DNA of 64,000 bases from Paraphysomonas bandaiensis (lineage: Eukaryota > Protista > Chrysophyceae): positions 1 to 64,000 of the forward strand of contig CBFFRP010000231.1 of NCBI GenBank assembly GCA_965644295.1, read 5' to 3'. Position numbers and translations under genes: made by a program. The notes beneath the pieces are model-generated. The model had not been told where the DNA came from and ran no database searches. It worked only from the letters and a program-made list of their open reading frames with translations. How positions within the stretch are numbered: the stretch's first letter is position 1; each line of letters starts with the position of its first letter. Shown here piece by piece: positions 1 to 13,512 of this stretch.

Positions 1-697
1 GAGAAGTCCAAAGTACTCTGTGTGAGGGAAGACTAACATGGGTAGGGGCAGTAGCATGTTCTTTGAAGAATCTGCGCGCGTTGCATATGAGCAGGAGAGC
101 TGGTGGAAAAGTTGGAAAATTGGGCTAACACTGTGGTCACAGTTGGAATGGGAACATATAGTTGCAACGTTAAACCGACGGGGTAGTTCGACAACAACAG
201 AGTTTAACCTTTTTAGATTCTATATTAATGGGTCCATTACTGTGTGTCATTCGATCGAGATACATTTCTATTAAAACCAGAAAACGTATATATAGACATA
301 ATCAAAAATGTGATAATGGAAGTAATATTTTAGCAGACAATATTACTAGAGCGATGTTTTCTAACTCGGTAGTTTTCTAACTGCCAGTGATGAGTATTTC
401 GAAGGATGCGACATGAGCGTATCTTGTGAGACACAGCACATCACAGAGTTCCTCCACTTAGTCCTTCCCCCCGAACACTATTGTACCTAGAACATTCAGT
501 CGCGCAACTGCAACGACAACAACGCCAGGTCTTGATTAGGTTGGTCTCGTTTATTAACATTGACAAGCCTGCATCCGTGACGACGGCATTTATTCGCTAA
601 GTGAATCATTTCGCACCTCTCCACGGATTCCGACTTGATCGCACATTCACATCTAAAGAGCACATAATTAAACAAGTTGTGATAAATTTATTCATTC

Positions 698-2428
698 TCA
701 CCTATTATCTAGTTTATCCTTCGAGGGAGAGCACGCCCAGTGAGCGTAATGAAATGGACAACCACTGGATACATCTACACTTTTCATCCAGCGCGAATCA
801 TAATACATCGCACCCCAGCAGTTTAACATTTGTGACAAGTTCCTATTGTCGAATGCAACAGACATGCAGTTCGTAGTCATATTGTGCAATTCAGTATGAG
901 ATAAAGTCCTATGCGTATCATCGTGTTTGCCGAAATAGTTGAGTCGATAAAAGTGAACTTCCGGTATCTTCGACGCTACAACATAATTCATATACATCAT
1001 GTTTTCTTTCAAATTGGCAACATTATCCACCCCACGACACACAAGTAATTCATCCGCGTCAACAATAAGCATCGACCGAACATGAGCGTACGCAACCACA
1101 GCTGCATCATATGTGCGTCTCTTATCTCTATCCTGATCTAAGCGGTCATTTACCACCATAATAGATGTCGAGTTTGGCTCGATATAGCGCGTGAAATAGT
1201 ACTGATACTCGAAACTCTAACCAACTAATTAGGCTACACAGAGCAAACCTAGAGCACGTACCTGCTTCCGAATATAGCTTTCTCCATACTTCTGAGGGTG
1301 TGCTACCTGCAGGCGAAGCGTGGATCACTCATGCGCATAGACCAATAAAAATGATAACAACCTGCATTGAAGTGTACGGATGGTACTGAAACCCTTCTGT
1401 TCCAATGAAGTCAGTCAGATAATCTCTATGCCAACCAAACCTAATAAACGAAAGTTATATATTGGCCCGACAAAAAGACGGGACTATCTCAACCAAAAAA
1501 CACAAATCATCACCGAGAGTTTAAATACAGACTACCACGTTGTGTAGCATCACGACTACAAACCTATCGTAAATAATAACCAAGTAACCAAGAGCTCGAT
1601 AATATGCCGCGAAAAGGTAGAGGTGCAATCCGCTACTAGGATTTCGGAAAACTTGTGCTGTGCATACTGCGTGCCATTTAGATTGCAACGCCTCATCCAG
1701 ACCAGGTAAACTTTCAGGTCCTGTGCTATAAATTGTACGCGTCCAGGGTAAGGACGGTCCAACTTCTATAGAAGAGGGTGTGGTCGCCAAATCGCTGCGA
1801 TTGACAAAGCTGTATCTAACTAAAGATGATAAATCAGCTTCACTGCTATTCGATGCGCCCAAGTGGATCCCAACCTCAACCTTACGAGAACGGTCACGTA
1901 GTAATGTACATAAATATCGAGACCGACGCTTCCCAAGATGTGATGTAGATACTGGACAGTACATAGCAATAGCGACAGTCGGAGGCTTTTCCTGTATAAT
2001 CAACTGAATGAGATACTGATATAAACATAAAGAGTATAACTTACACGAAGATCGCCTGCTGCATATCCTGGATCTGTTATATAACTGCACCCCACTCGAT
2101 ATGATACGTTTGTTTGCACTGTATTCGACTGTATGGACCGTATAAAGCCAATGCCCTCTGAAGATATGGACTTATAAACACTATTGAGACCTATGGCGTA
2201 TATCCTCGCATGACATTGAGTGTGTTTGAAGAGAGGTTTTGATTTCATCCATGATGGGACTGTGTTAGCAGTGTGTATGAACCATCCTGATGAGGAGGAG
2301 GATGAAGATGAAGATGAGGTGTTGATGATGGACATAGATATGATAGATAGATCATTGGTAGAGGTGATGGAGGAGAAGGAGAGAGTGAGGAAGAGGAAGA
2401 GAAGGAGGAGAGTGGATTGGAGGGTCAT
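698..2428 (-). CDS. Multi-exon glycosyltransferase, GT92/GT-A-fold-like, with N-terminal signal/anchor
   Basis: ATG at 2428 begins hydrophobic MTLQSTLLLLFLFLTLSFS. Later ORF pieces give AVCTAQVF..LFAAYYRALGYLVIIYD and a DxD motif (MLIVDADELLVC), separated by short introns. Confidence 0.6.
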
Positions 2429-2508
2429 GGAGAGGAGGTGTGGTTGTGTTAGACCCTTACTATACTCCACATAACAGTAACATACATATCCATCCACCCA
2501 CATTAATG

Positions 2509-2898
2509 TACATACATACATACATACATACATACATACATACATACATACATACATACATACATACATACATACATACATACATACATACATACATACA
2601 TACATACATACATACATACATACATACATACATACATACATACATACATACATACATACATACATACATACATACATACATACATACATACATACATACA
2701 TACATACATACATACATACATACATACATACATACATACATACATACATACATACATACATACATACATACATACATACATACATACATACATACATACA
2801 TACATACATACATACATACATACATACATACATACATACATACATACATACATACATACATACATACATACATACATACATACATACATACATACATA
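2509..2898. repeat. Perfect (TACA)n microsatellite, ~97 units
   Basis: Directly visible. It fills most of the spacer between two divergent genes. Confidence 0.99.
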
Positions 2899-3001
2899 GT
2901 GTACATATCCAGTGTACGGTGTTTATGTCTGCTGTCCATTAAGTGGTTTGCATCCTCAATACACAGCGTTGCTTACCAAACACCATCTACATCCCCCCAC
3001 A

Positions 3002-4942
3002 ATGACCTCTCTCATTAGGAATACATGTAAACCTCATCATTCCTCCTCTAATGCTTTAACTCTCTACTTATATCCAGTAGTAAGAAGAGCATACCTACAT
3101 CACACATATCGTCCAGTATCATCATCAGCTAATCAGGGTATACTCCCCCTCTAATAACTTATATATATTAATATAATAATTAGGAAGGAAGAATGCAGTT
3201 ATTATCGAGGAAACAAATGAATTGAAATATAAAGATGTTGCAATTGATGTAAAGCCACCGAGAGTAAGCACATGTGTGTCTCGTATAATGCCCTCTCAGT
3301 GCCATATTTAAAGGGATCCAGAGATTTCTATCCTGAAGATCATCGATTAAAGGACTGGTTATTTGAGAAGTGGCGGTCTAGTGCTAGAGTTTTTGGATTC
3401 GAGGAGTATGATGCTCCTATTGTTGAGAACGAGGCGCTATATATCCGCAAGGCGGGTGAAGAAATATCTCAACAACTATACAACTTTGAAGATAAAGGTG
3501 GCAGAAGGTTATCTTTACGACCTGAAATGACCCCATCTCTTGCGCGTATGGTTATGGCCAAGAGGTCTAATCTAACCCTTCCTTTGAAATGGTTCTCAAT
3601 CCCGCAATGTTGGCGGTACGAAAGAATGAGCAGAGGGCGACGCAGGTAAGAGTATGATACATAGTGACGAAAGAATTTAGTGTGAATGCACGTGCTCTTT
3701 TTTAATTTTTTATTTGATAGGGAGCACTATCAGTGGAATATGGATATTTGGGGAGTACGTGGAGTAGAAGCGGAATCGGAGCTTCTGGGCGCAGTCGTTC
3801 ACAGCCTGAGTGCTATGGGACTCGGACCACAGGATGTTGGCATCAAGGTATATTGTCAAATGTAGAAGGTTGTCTATCGATAATTAAATTTCTGTCTCGT
3901 AGATCAATTCGAGGAAACTGATGACTGCTATGATGCGGCATTGCGGTAGGTTTCAAAAAGCCAAATACGTGATAATTACCATATTGTATAGGTATCCCGG
4001 ATGAGATTCATGCTGTGGCATGTGTCGTGCTAGACAAGATTGATAAGTTGCCGCTGGACCGCTTAGAGACTGAACTAGCTGATATCGGCGTGGATGCTGA
4101 GTCGGTCGGTGCAATGCTTCAACTCGTGCAGGTGTGTGTTCACAGAATAATAGTTCACGAAATGTAACAATTAGTTGTAGATCAAGAGTATATCGGAGCT
4201 ACGCGATGCTATTGGAGAATGTGAAGGTCTATCGGATCTTGATCGATTACAAACATTGGCTCTACAGTATGGTTATTCCGACTGGTTAGTGTTTGATCCT
4301 TCAGTTGTCCGTGGCCTGGCGTATTATACTGGTGTAGTCTTCGAATGCTTTGACCGACAGGTACGTGCAATGATAAACATATTATTGATTTCGCTTAAAT
4401 TCCTGATTGTTTTTTTTAGGGTGAACTACGTGCGATTTGTGGCGGAGGACGATATGATACACTGCTTGACACATTTTCTCCTCGGGATAGTGCTGGGGCG
4501 AACTCAATTTCTGCGGTTGGATTTGGGTTTGGTGATGCGGTAATTATAGAGCTTCTTCGACTGAAAGGATGCCTTCCTGATTTCACAACACAACGACTCG
4601 TGGATGTTGTTATTGGGGCTACTGAGAAGGAGTACTATGGGAAAGCAGTAGCGTATGCTTGTGAGCTTAGAAGAAAAGGTATATCTGTGGATGTAATAAT
4701 GGAGCCGAAAAGGTTGAAGGCCATTCTTCAGCGGGGAGATAAGTTAAATACAGGTGAGTTAGACAGTTTGATATTTCAACCCCAGAGTTGTCACTGCTGT
4801 CTACATAGGTTTTACTATAGTTTTGGCACCTACAGAAGCTAAGAACAGTAGTGTATTAATGAAGCAAATGTCGGACGGCGTACAGTGGGTAATAGAAGAG
4901 TCTATGGTTGTGGATACAGTTGTGAAAAAAGTGCAGAGCTAG
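3002..4942 (+). CDS. HARS: Histidyl-tRNA synthetase, probably organellar (mitochondrial-type presequence), multi-exon
   Basis: Motifs PPRGSRDFYPED, LSLRPEMTPSLAR, WRYERMSRGRRREHYQWNMDI, VVRGLAYYTGVVFE, AICGGGRYD, VGFGFGD and a C-terminal anticodon-binding domain. The N-terminus is basic/hydroxylated and free of acidic residues. Confidence 0.93.
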
Positions 4943-5943
4943 AGAGATAGCGTAGTAGTATCAATGTTGTGTTAATTATAGAGTATATTCGATTTTTTAT
5001 TTCGTCGTGCAGGAATAGATAGCAATATATTTCAATATTAGTGCTTGTCTGAGTTGCATCAATACTATTGCAATAGTTTTTCGAAACAACAGTACGTAGA
5101 GGATGATATGTAGTTTATTAATTTCTAACTGTACTACATTTTATATAAAAAATTTTGTCATGCTTCATAGACTACCTTCAGTGTGTTCAATGAAACCCAC
5201 ACTTTCACTTCAATCATAATCAGTATCCTCATTTTGTAGATTGCTTTCATGATAACAGTCAACCTCATTCAAAATAATGCACGTATCCTGAAAACAGGTA
5301 TCGAATCAAGAGTAAAATCATATGAATAGCCACTGAATTCATACTCTAACCCAATACTGATAGCCTGCTTCTTCAGGCTAGCATAACACCGCAAGACTTT
5401 TTGTTATTAAAATAGTAGCATCAATTGACACGAAACTACACAAGTGAGCCTTACTTATAGCAATATCTTACTACTTCTTGATCAATCAAGTGCATAGATA
5501 TGAACGTGGACAGCTCAGTGCCTTACTAGATTATGATTGGCTGATAATTTTCTTGTATTTTTCTTCCCTGCCACTCTTTCGTTACACATACTATTGCCAT
5601 ATCAACTGCTATGTATACAGCAGTATGTAGTAGATGTACATGATGGTATATGGTATACCTACTGCTGTATATACTTCTACAGTTTATAGATATGGAGATA
5701 TCCATAGAGAGTAGACAGCAGTATATAGAGTATACAGGGAATACATCTACTAGAGTTGATGTACTGCTGTATGTATAGTTCATTAACCGCTAGTTTCATA
5801 CATAACATCCATCACTCCCTTAACCATCTTCCTTACCCCTTCTACACACTAATCTCATTCTATTTCCCACTAACCATTACTATCTACATCTATCTATGTA
5901 ATTTCTTATTCACATTACTTGAAAACTATAGTGATTTCCTCTT

Positions 5944-8900
5944 ATGCCGTTCCATATAGAGCGCTGTGAGGATGATAGTGGAAGATCAAGATATAAACCT
6001 GTTGTAAGAAAGGAAGATGTTGCTTATATATCAAATGAAAAAGATCTTAATGATTTATTTCATTTAAAAGTATATCATCTTCCTCATAAGAAGGTGAAGA
6101 CAGGAATCCCTGTCACATCTATTAAAAGTAATGGGAAACTAGTGGGAGAACAGTATATTCGTGTCAATGATAAAGTTAGAGCTATTAAAAAAGTTAAAGC
6201 AAAAGATGTTTTAAATGCGGACTCATCTGCGCTGGAGGCTTATGGTCATGTTAAACTGACAACGTTATTAAGAAAGGTTCGCAAGCTTAGACAGTTCAAT
6301 TACTCGGAACAAGGATACCAACGGGTGTGGAATGAGCCAAATTTTAATGTTAGTAATGTTTAGATTATGTATAGGAATTACTAGAGAGAATAAAGAATAC
6401 TCACGAGGAACCTAAAGCTATTTTTGTTGGGAAGCCAATATTCGAAAACGTGCCGGAGCGTGATATCACCGATGTTGTGGAATGGGCGGTATGTCTTGAA
6501 ACTCCTATTTGCTGCATTTAACTACTTCTTCAGATAGCTTATGTGTCACAAAACGAATCGATATTAGAAGCGATGCTATTTACGGCAGAAAGCAAAATTC
6601 GACAATTTGCAGAATGGAAAGAAAGGTATCTCTTACACCACCTTGGTATGCTTTCTACGCGATTAGTTGATGAAGTCTTTGTCTGTAGAAATCGACTACG
6701 GAAAGAAGGGGTGAAGGATAGCTCAATCGATACTCTTCCAGGGGGTTGTTTTTCCCGCCTTGGGAGTATGGAGGGTGCACCTGATGGGTCGCGTAGCAAG
6801 GTGTTACGCCCCACTACAGCCCCTGCGGAGAGGTTACACGGCTCTCTTGCCGACCATCTGAATCGAATGGATGTAATGGGATTTGACCGGTTTGTAGAAG
6901 CTATTACAGCGAATAATCAAGGGCAGAGTCAAACCCGACACAGGAAACTGAGCGGACGGGTCCCAACCCCTCCCAAATCCCCTCGACGAATAATAACTGG
7001 ACGTATGCATGCGATAGCGGAAGAAAGCCCTTTATCTAAAGGTGTGAATTCTAAAGTACCAGAAGCGCCATCTGCACCACCGTCACAGGATGCATCTAGT
7101 TTCAGTAAAGCGAGAATTGATTCGAGGCCAGTATCTTCGTCTGGTACATTAAATTTTCTTCAGTTATTCGTTGTGTGAATTTTGTACGCGATTTAGGTCG
7201 AGTGACACCGTCTCATAAGCATTCTCCTCGGTCCAGTACCTCTAACGAGGTTGTGGCAGAGTCACGTAGTTCAACAGCACCAAGCCGCTCTACAACGCAA
7301 CCACAAATACGAGGAAAGCAGAAAGGTAACGCTGGCAACAGTAGTCATGAGCCTCGTCCTCGTCCACCATCTGCCCCTCAGCACAGTCGCTCTGTAGGCT
7401 ATCAACATCGACATAAAGCTCATCCGATCTCAAAGTCTTATTCTATTTCTGCTGATGATGCTGCTGGGGAAACTATTATCCTAAAAACGAGTCGGAGGAT
7501 GAGTCACAGTCGCACTCGGCAGCGTCGGTTCAGTGGATCACAAGGCGTCGCCAATAGCAGCGTCACAAATCTTAGCGAGGACGCTTGCGATAGTTGCACG
7601 ATGCAGAGCGGTGTAGTTGATAGTAGTGCGATGAGCAAGAGTGCTATAGATAATAGTACTGCTGATGCATCACAAGTCGATCAAGATACCAAATCTATGA
7701 GAGTGAAATTTGTCGAAAATATAGGTCACGATGTAGCGACAGACTTCGGCAGCATTCGTTTAGAGCACGATGAAAAAGGTGTAAAGTATTCTAATGGACC
7801 AACGCCGGGTGCAGACATGTGGAAATCCGATGACCTTTACTATTATAATGAGGAATTCAACACGAAGCAATTGCTAGAGGTACGTATACCTTTATTAAAT
7901 ATGATGAATGAACTGTTGTGCTCACATGGCTTTACGTATTTAGAGTGCAGTCCAAAATTATCAGAAGCGCAGTGAAATACGTGATAAGGAATTAGAATCC
8001 CTTGCATCTGAAATATCACAAGTTACAACTCGTGCAGAAGTAATAAGTGAAAAAATGGTGAATGCCTGGGAAGCTGCAGCCACGCTTTATGCTGATGAGT
8101 ATCACAAATTCAATGCTGTTATGAACACACGGGACTTTGAAAGGCCGTTTTGGATACATGCAATGTATGATTGCTTTTCAATGGAAGGAAATGATCGCAA
8201 GGGTGGAAAGTTAGGAAGGTGCGCAGACTGTTCTAGTTTTGTAATTGCGTGAATGTGATGTTGTAGCTCACTGTCATATGATATTCATTGCGCAAGACGA
8301 AAAGCGAAACATAAGCTTTATTGTCGAAAAATCGAAAATTTGACAAAAGCTGCATGGTTTATCAACATTTTAACTAGAATGAAGGAGAATGCAAATAGGA
8401 CTAATCATCATATACCGATATCATTTATGAAGTTTCTTGCGGTGTTATTACATATATTTATGTATGGATACGAGTTAACAGAAAGGCTCTTTTACGATGT
8501 GATGGAACGGACGATTGAGCACCAAGATCACAAAGAAATTGTTGTTCATCGCGCTCTCAAAGCTATTCGAGAGCATATTCGTATTGATCCAGAAGATTTT
8601 TTTGAATACTTGGATAGTCAGTCAATTCAGCCCTGTTCTGAGTTGCTTGTGCAAATACGTGAGATTCGAGTGAGGAGGTCGCGAGCTGCCCGCGCGGCAG
8701 TTATTAAAACTAAACTGGGAACACTTTCACAGATTTCCCCACGGCCCCCTCCAGGTTCTGTCCCTCGTGACAAGAGAACTTCTTCATTCAAGGGTAGAGT
8801 CAGCTTTTCTGTGCCACAACAAGGCAGACGCAGCCTCTCACTTATTCGTGAAGATTCCGGATTAAATGACTATGCAGAAGATGCACCAGTGAATAGTTCG

Positions 8901-9101
8901 CCTGATATGTGCCCTCCCAGTGTTTCCATGACTGCCCGACATGCCGTTCATAAATTCTCAGCTGATGATTTCTTTCCTAGACAAAATATTCCTAGCGGAG
9001 ACAATACAGGTGATGATACTGTGTGGGAAACAAATGATGAAGACGACGATGATGATACTCCAGTACTTAATTTGGCCGTACCTTCATCAAGAGCTAGCTA
9101 A
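5944..9101 (+). CDS. Hypothetical protein, multi-exon, S/R/P-rich disordered middle and helical C-terminal region
   Basis: Co-directional ORFs 5944-6363, 6543-7178, 7175-7975, 8055-8252 and 8340-9101 joined by GT-AG introns. No recognised domain. Confidence 0.7.
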
Positions 9102-9625
9102 TGAACTGGTACTATATAAAGACAGACACGAATATTTAAAGTAGAATTGTTTTACATAGATGACGTCATCGTGTTATTGCATAATGCAAGAAACTATGTG
9201 TATATTTTATATCACTCACGCAATATATACAATCAGGGTTCAATCAGAATTAAAAATTCTATGTATTTTATGTGCCGAAAATCAATTTTTTGCATGACTG
9301 ACCTATAATCGAGTACATAACTCTTTTCCATACTGCCGAACTACATACCATCAGAACTCAACACACACCAGGATAATTAAATATGTATTAGACACCTAAT
9401 TGTCTTGAAAATCTACGAAGGTAAAACAAAACATCCAACCCAACAGATTACTCAGTGTCATGTCTTAACATGATACTCTGAACCATAAGCACCCATGGTT
9501 TTATCTGAAAGTGAGATTTATCAGAATTTCTTGGTATCCAATTGGAATAGTACATGAAAATTAGTATTCTCGTCAAACATATCTTATTCTCCATCTACTG
9601 TCAACAATACATTTTTATCTGAAAA

Positions 9626-10837
9626 TTATAGATTCTCATCATCAGCCTCAGGACCATCATCGTCGTTATCTGCCTGATTTATGAGACTTTGATTATCTTT
9701 TAAACTTTTAGCCTTATAGCACTTGAGGTGGTCAGTGGGGTATGATCCTGTAGGCAGATCTGTTAACAATACAGCAAAACTTGAATAAGTGGAATATGTA
9801 ATCGTACCTGCTACGAAGTACATACTCCCAATGACGAATATAATACAGTCCACGAGGCTAAAAAAGTAAAATCAAACAAACAGTTCGTACTGCACTGCCT
9901 CTTACCTGGAGGCATATACGAATTTCTCGGTATCATTTCCATAGAAGATAGCGTTACCAAGAACGCCAACGGACCCAATAACACACACGAGGGAGGCGTA
10001 TAGAAAAAACCACATACCAGCTAACCAATCGTTTTGAAGGTGCTTAATAATCCAATGTCTGGGTCCAAATATAACACGGGCAGCTGGCTTTATAACCTGT
10101 TTGTGTTTCTACAAATTGCCGGCATTAGTTAACAGCAGGATACCAAACATGTGTATGACAAATGTGGAGACAACATACCTTATCAGTAGGATAGCAAGCG
10201 AGAACGAAAAGGTAAGTGGCCAAAACACACACGGATGATATTATAACGGCACCCAAGTAAAGGACCTCGCCAGGTTCCAAAAACCAAAAAATCAGAGAAT
10301 ATGGGACTGCCGGAATGGTACCAAAAAGAAAGCACCAAGCACCGAGGAGTTCATCAGTTGCAACATGTTTCCATTTGAAAAGGGGGTGTTTTTCTGGCTC
10401 TTCAAATGCACGTACAAAACACCATGACCCTAAAGTAAAAAAGAATCCAGATATAATTAAAAGCGCCCATGTTTCCTGAAATTCTAAAACTGGAAGAGTA
10501 TCGTCTGTTTCATTAAATATCCCAACAAAATAGTCTACTAATGGCACCACAGCTGTCAGCATAGCTAATAAAGATCCCCAAAAAAACCACCTATAATACA
10601 TACATAAGATCTATATATGTACTATATAGAGTGCATGTCGTACCATGATCCGTGTACAATATCATTGGAGCATAATACAGGTAACCATTTGAAAACAGCC
10701 CGTTTATTTATAATTAAATCTTTTCTACCATGTAAACGAGGTGATGAAGAGTTTCCCGTCTCATCATCATCATCTAAGAGCTCACCACGTGTACTAAAAC
10801 GGATAGTTGATAATGTTTCTTCTGTTTTTCCGTTCAT
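9626..10837 (-). CDS. Multi-pass membrane protein with three internal repeats (YrhK-like)
   Basis: Repeated motifs NDIVHGSWWFF / TDELLGAWCFL / NDWLAGMWFFL and FxxGSxxF, hydrophobic segments, spliced. Confidence 0.6.
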
Positions 10838-11338
10838 GAATATATAGATATATATATATGGATTATTAGACTGTGTTTTATATGACAAGTGTGTGATTAT
10901 AGTGTTCTAAGTATGATGAGCTCGTTAAGATGAGGAGACATGCATGTAACCATAAGAGTGTATGGAAATACATGAGTGTATTATCTGTGTATATGGGCTT
11001 ATATATGAAAAGTACTGTATGTGGATGGTGTTGTAAATCGCTCAAAAACATCTGGAAGAAAATCAAATCAACTGGCTGGACTATGCATTGATTGGTTTGG
11101 GACACCGGGATGTAACCCGTTAAATAATAAACGGATCACTGTCCGTGTCCACCGAGTGTGTGATGATGTGAGGGGTGTCATTGAGCCTCATCAGCAGTTG
11201 GAGTGGATGGATATGGCAAGTATAGAGGGATATACTGATGCATGCACTATTAACTGAACTCTCCTACACACACATCATCACATTGATTTCTCTTACCAGA
11301 TATATTGTTAGAGAATTAACATTCACTGGTTCTCCACT

Positions 11339-12130
11339 ATGGATCATGGTCTGACAATGTCAACACCTCTCCTTGTTTGGGGTGTGGGCATTCCTCTGTT
11401 GCATATTATTTTAGTCTGTGGCAGCAGGATAATGAACTTCTGCCCTCAGAAGTCAAAGAAAGGTTGTAGGGGATCGGATATCATTGCTTTTGAAATAGTT
11501 AGTGGTGTGTGTGTTACGTACGTAGCTATTTCTGGCTTCATGGGTTTCTATGATATTAATGGAGTTATGGACAACAAAGCTGTGCTCAATGACCCATCGC
11601 AGAAGTTTTACGGGCGGTCTCTCTTCGTCGAAGACTATTTAGTAATACCAATGCTTTGCTACCAAACTTGGAATCTAGTTATGTGTTTTATTCACAACGA
11701 ATTCCGGAATGCTCCTATGATTGGACACCATATTGTAACTGCATTATTGAGCTATTTCGGTTTGTATCCATATGCCCAATACTACGCGCTGTTTTTTTTT
11801 GGGATTGCCGAAGTGACCAGTATTCCACTGAATGTTATTGATGTTTTTAAGTACCTTCCCCATTTTTCGGCTCGGTATCCAGGTGTTTATAGTGTAGCAA
11901 AGTACCTGTTTGTGTCAGGGTTTTTCTTGATACGGATTATTGTATGGCCATTCTTTTCCTATGAATTGTGGTTTGGGTGCCAAGATTTGTTATTAACGAA
12001 TACTGCGCATTCGAACTTCGTGGTTATATTCTTTCTAGGAGCGAACCTTTTTCTTACAGGGTTGCAATTCTATTGGGGATACCTCATTATAAGGAAGGCG
12101 ACTGCCACGTTGAAGAAGAAGGAAAATTAA
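11339..12130 (+). CDS. TLC (TRAM/LAG1/CLN8) domain membrane protein, intronless
   Basis: MIGHHIVT, AEVTSIPLN, FFLIRIIVWP and LQFYWGYLI motifs, 6-7 TM segments, C-terminal KKKEN. Confidence 0.85.
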   Translation: MDHGLTMSTPLLVWGVGIPLLHIILVCGSRIMNFCPQKSKKGCRGSDIIAFEIVSGVCVTYVAISGFMGFYDINGVMDNKAVLNDPSQKFYGRSLFVEDYLVIPMLCYQTWNLVMCFIHNEFRNAPMIGHHIVTALLSYFGLYPYAQYYALFFFGIAEVTSIPLNVIDVFKYLPHFSARYPGVYSVAKYLFVSGFFLIRIIVWPFFSYELWFGCQDLLLTNTAHSNFVVIFFLGANLFLTGLQFYWGYLIIRKATATLKKKEN

Positions 12131-13512
12131 ATACCACAGCTAACAACTTATGTACTATAATTGTATTGAGCGGTTATCTTTACAACATATTGCATCTTTG
12201 TAGATGTGTGTTATTTTAGCGTAACTAAATAGGAACTGTTTAGCTACTCTTACGGCTTCTTGACAATAATTTGGAAATGTTGTCAATCATATATAACATG
12301 AAAGCCCGTGTAAAATATCTCACATTAAATTTCACGATGCAATAGCGAGATCACAGCTGGCCAGCTACATTCTGCTTTACACTCTAGCGTTATATGTTAC
12401 ACTTTTTCCGTTGTGTAAAATGTCTTGGGGTTAAAAACATATCAGTTTCAACTTTCAACTTCTATGAGCTATCCATTAGGACGCCATATTAAGCTGATTG
12501 CCTTCTTTGTGTAGAATATGTTAGCCCATAGCACAGCAATTGGCAAATGACTTTCAACACACTGATGATGTGTAAAATGGCAGATACTTAAAGTAGGTGT
12601 ACCTTTAATATTGCACCACATACACATTCAGACCTCCACAATTTTAGTGTTAAACTGGAATGATAATATCCATTTTCTATCATGTAGAATTATATACTCA
12701 AAAAAGTCGAAGTTTTAAGAAAAGAAAACTTTGATGAAAAGAAAGATGGTGCAGCTACCCAATAACTCGAGATGCAAGATATCTACGATATGAAGCCATG
12801 GCAAATCTTCTCGATTCAACCATCTCAATTGATGATCTTCTCAGGTATAGAAAAAAAGGAATAAATAATAAGATACCATATAGAAAGTGAAGATGAGGCA
12901 GTCAGTGGTGCTCATTGCAGTGGATAATAGTCATGAAGATATGAGTATGACAGCACAGCAGATGCACAAGCACACCAGTACTACAATTGTGAACATCCCC
13001 AAGCCATAGATAGGAGAGTTTCATCATCTTCACGTCAACATTATGTCTATCATTGAACTGCATGATTAAGTCTAGCTCGGTGTATCGTTGTGTTCGATGT
13101 CTAGATGTCGTCCACGTTAAGATACAGCAGGCAGTGTTTGGATACAGCAGGGCACTAAAAAGTTATGATTTTTAGATATCGTGACTGTGAAAATGAGCTA
13201 TTTTCGAGCTTTTTGTTGTTCTGTTGGAAATATAAACTATACACCAAAACTATCGATTTTGTTTTTATAATCCCAAAAGTTGAAGGTTTTAGGAATTGGA
13301 TTTCAAATTTCATGTATTTTATATAATCAACAGTCATGTACAGCAGTTGGAGTTAGTAGGGAAGAATAGGCAAGTAGAGCCATATATATTCGTGGACTTG
13401 GAATTCCATATAATTGCAAATATCTTTCGCTACTGCGACTCTTTAAGGTACATGTGAAGTGTGGAATATTACCTCAATAATGCGATCCTATTAAGCCATT
13501 TTATTCGATTAA

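Noticed and set aside
400-655. GC-richer intergenic stretch considered as snRNA or RNase P/MRP RNA
   Set aside because: Only very short motif matches (e.g. GATCAAGT) and no convincing structure. Needs an Rfam search.
2000-3018. ORFs with (MYVC)n / (YIHT)n
   Set aside because: Translations of the TACA microsatellite, not proteins.
5210-5600. Possible small spliced minus-strand gene (PEEAGYQYWVR|DTCIILNEVD...)
   Set aside because: Could not assemble a stop-free model through the upstream exons.
12460-13340. Possible decayed transposon or pseudogene with a short GATACAGCAGG duplication
   Set aside because: No recognisable protein motif or paired termini.
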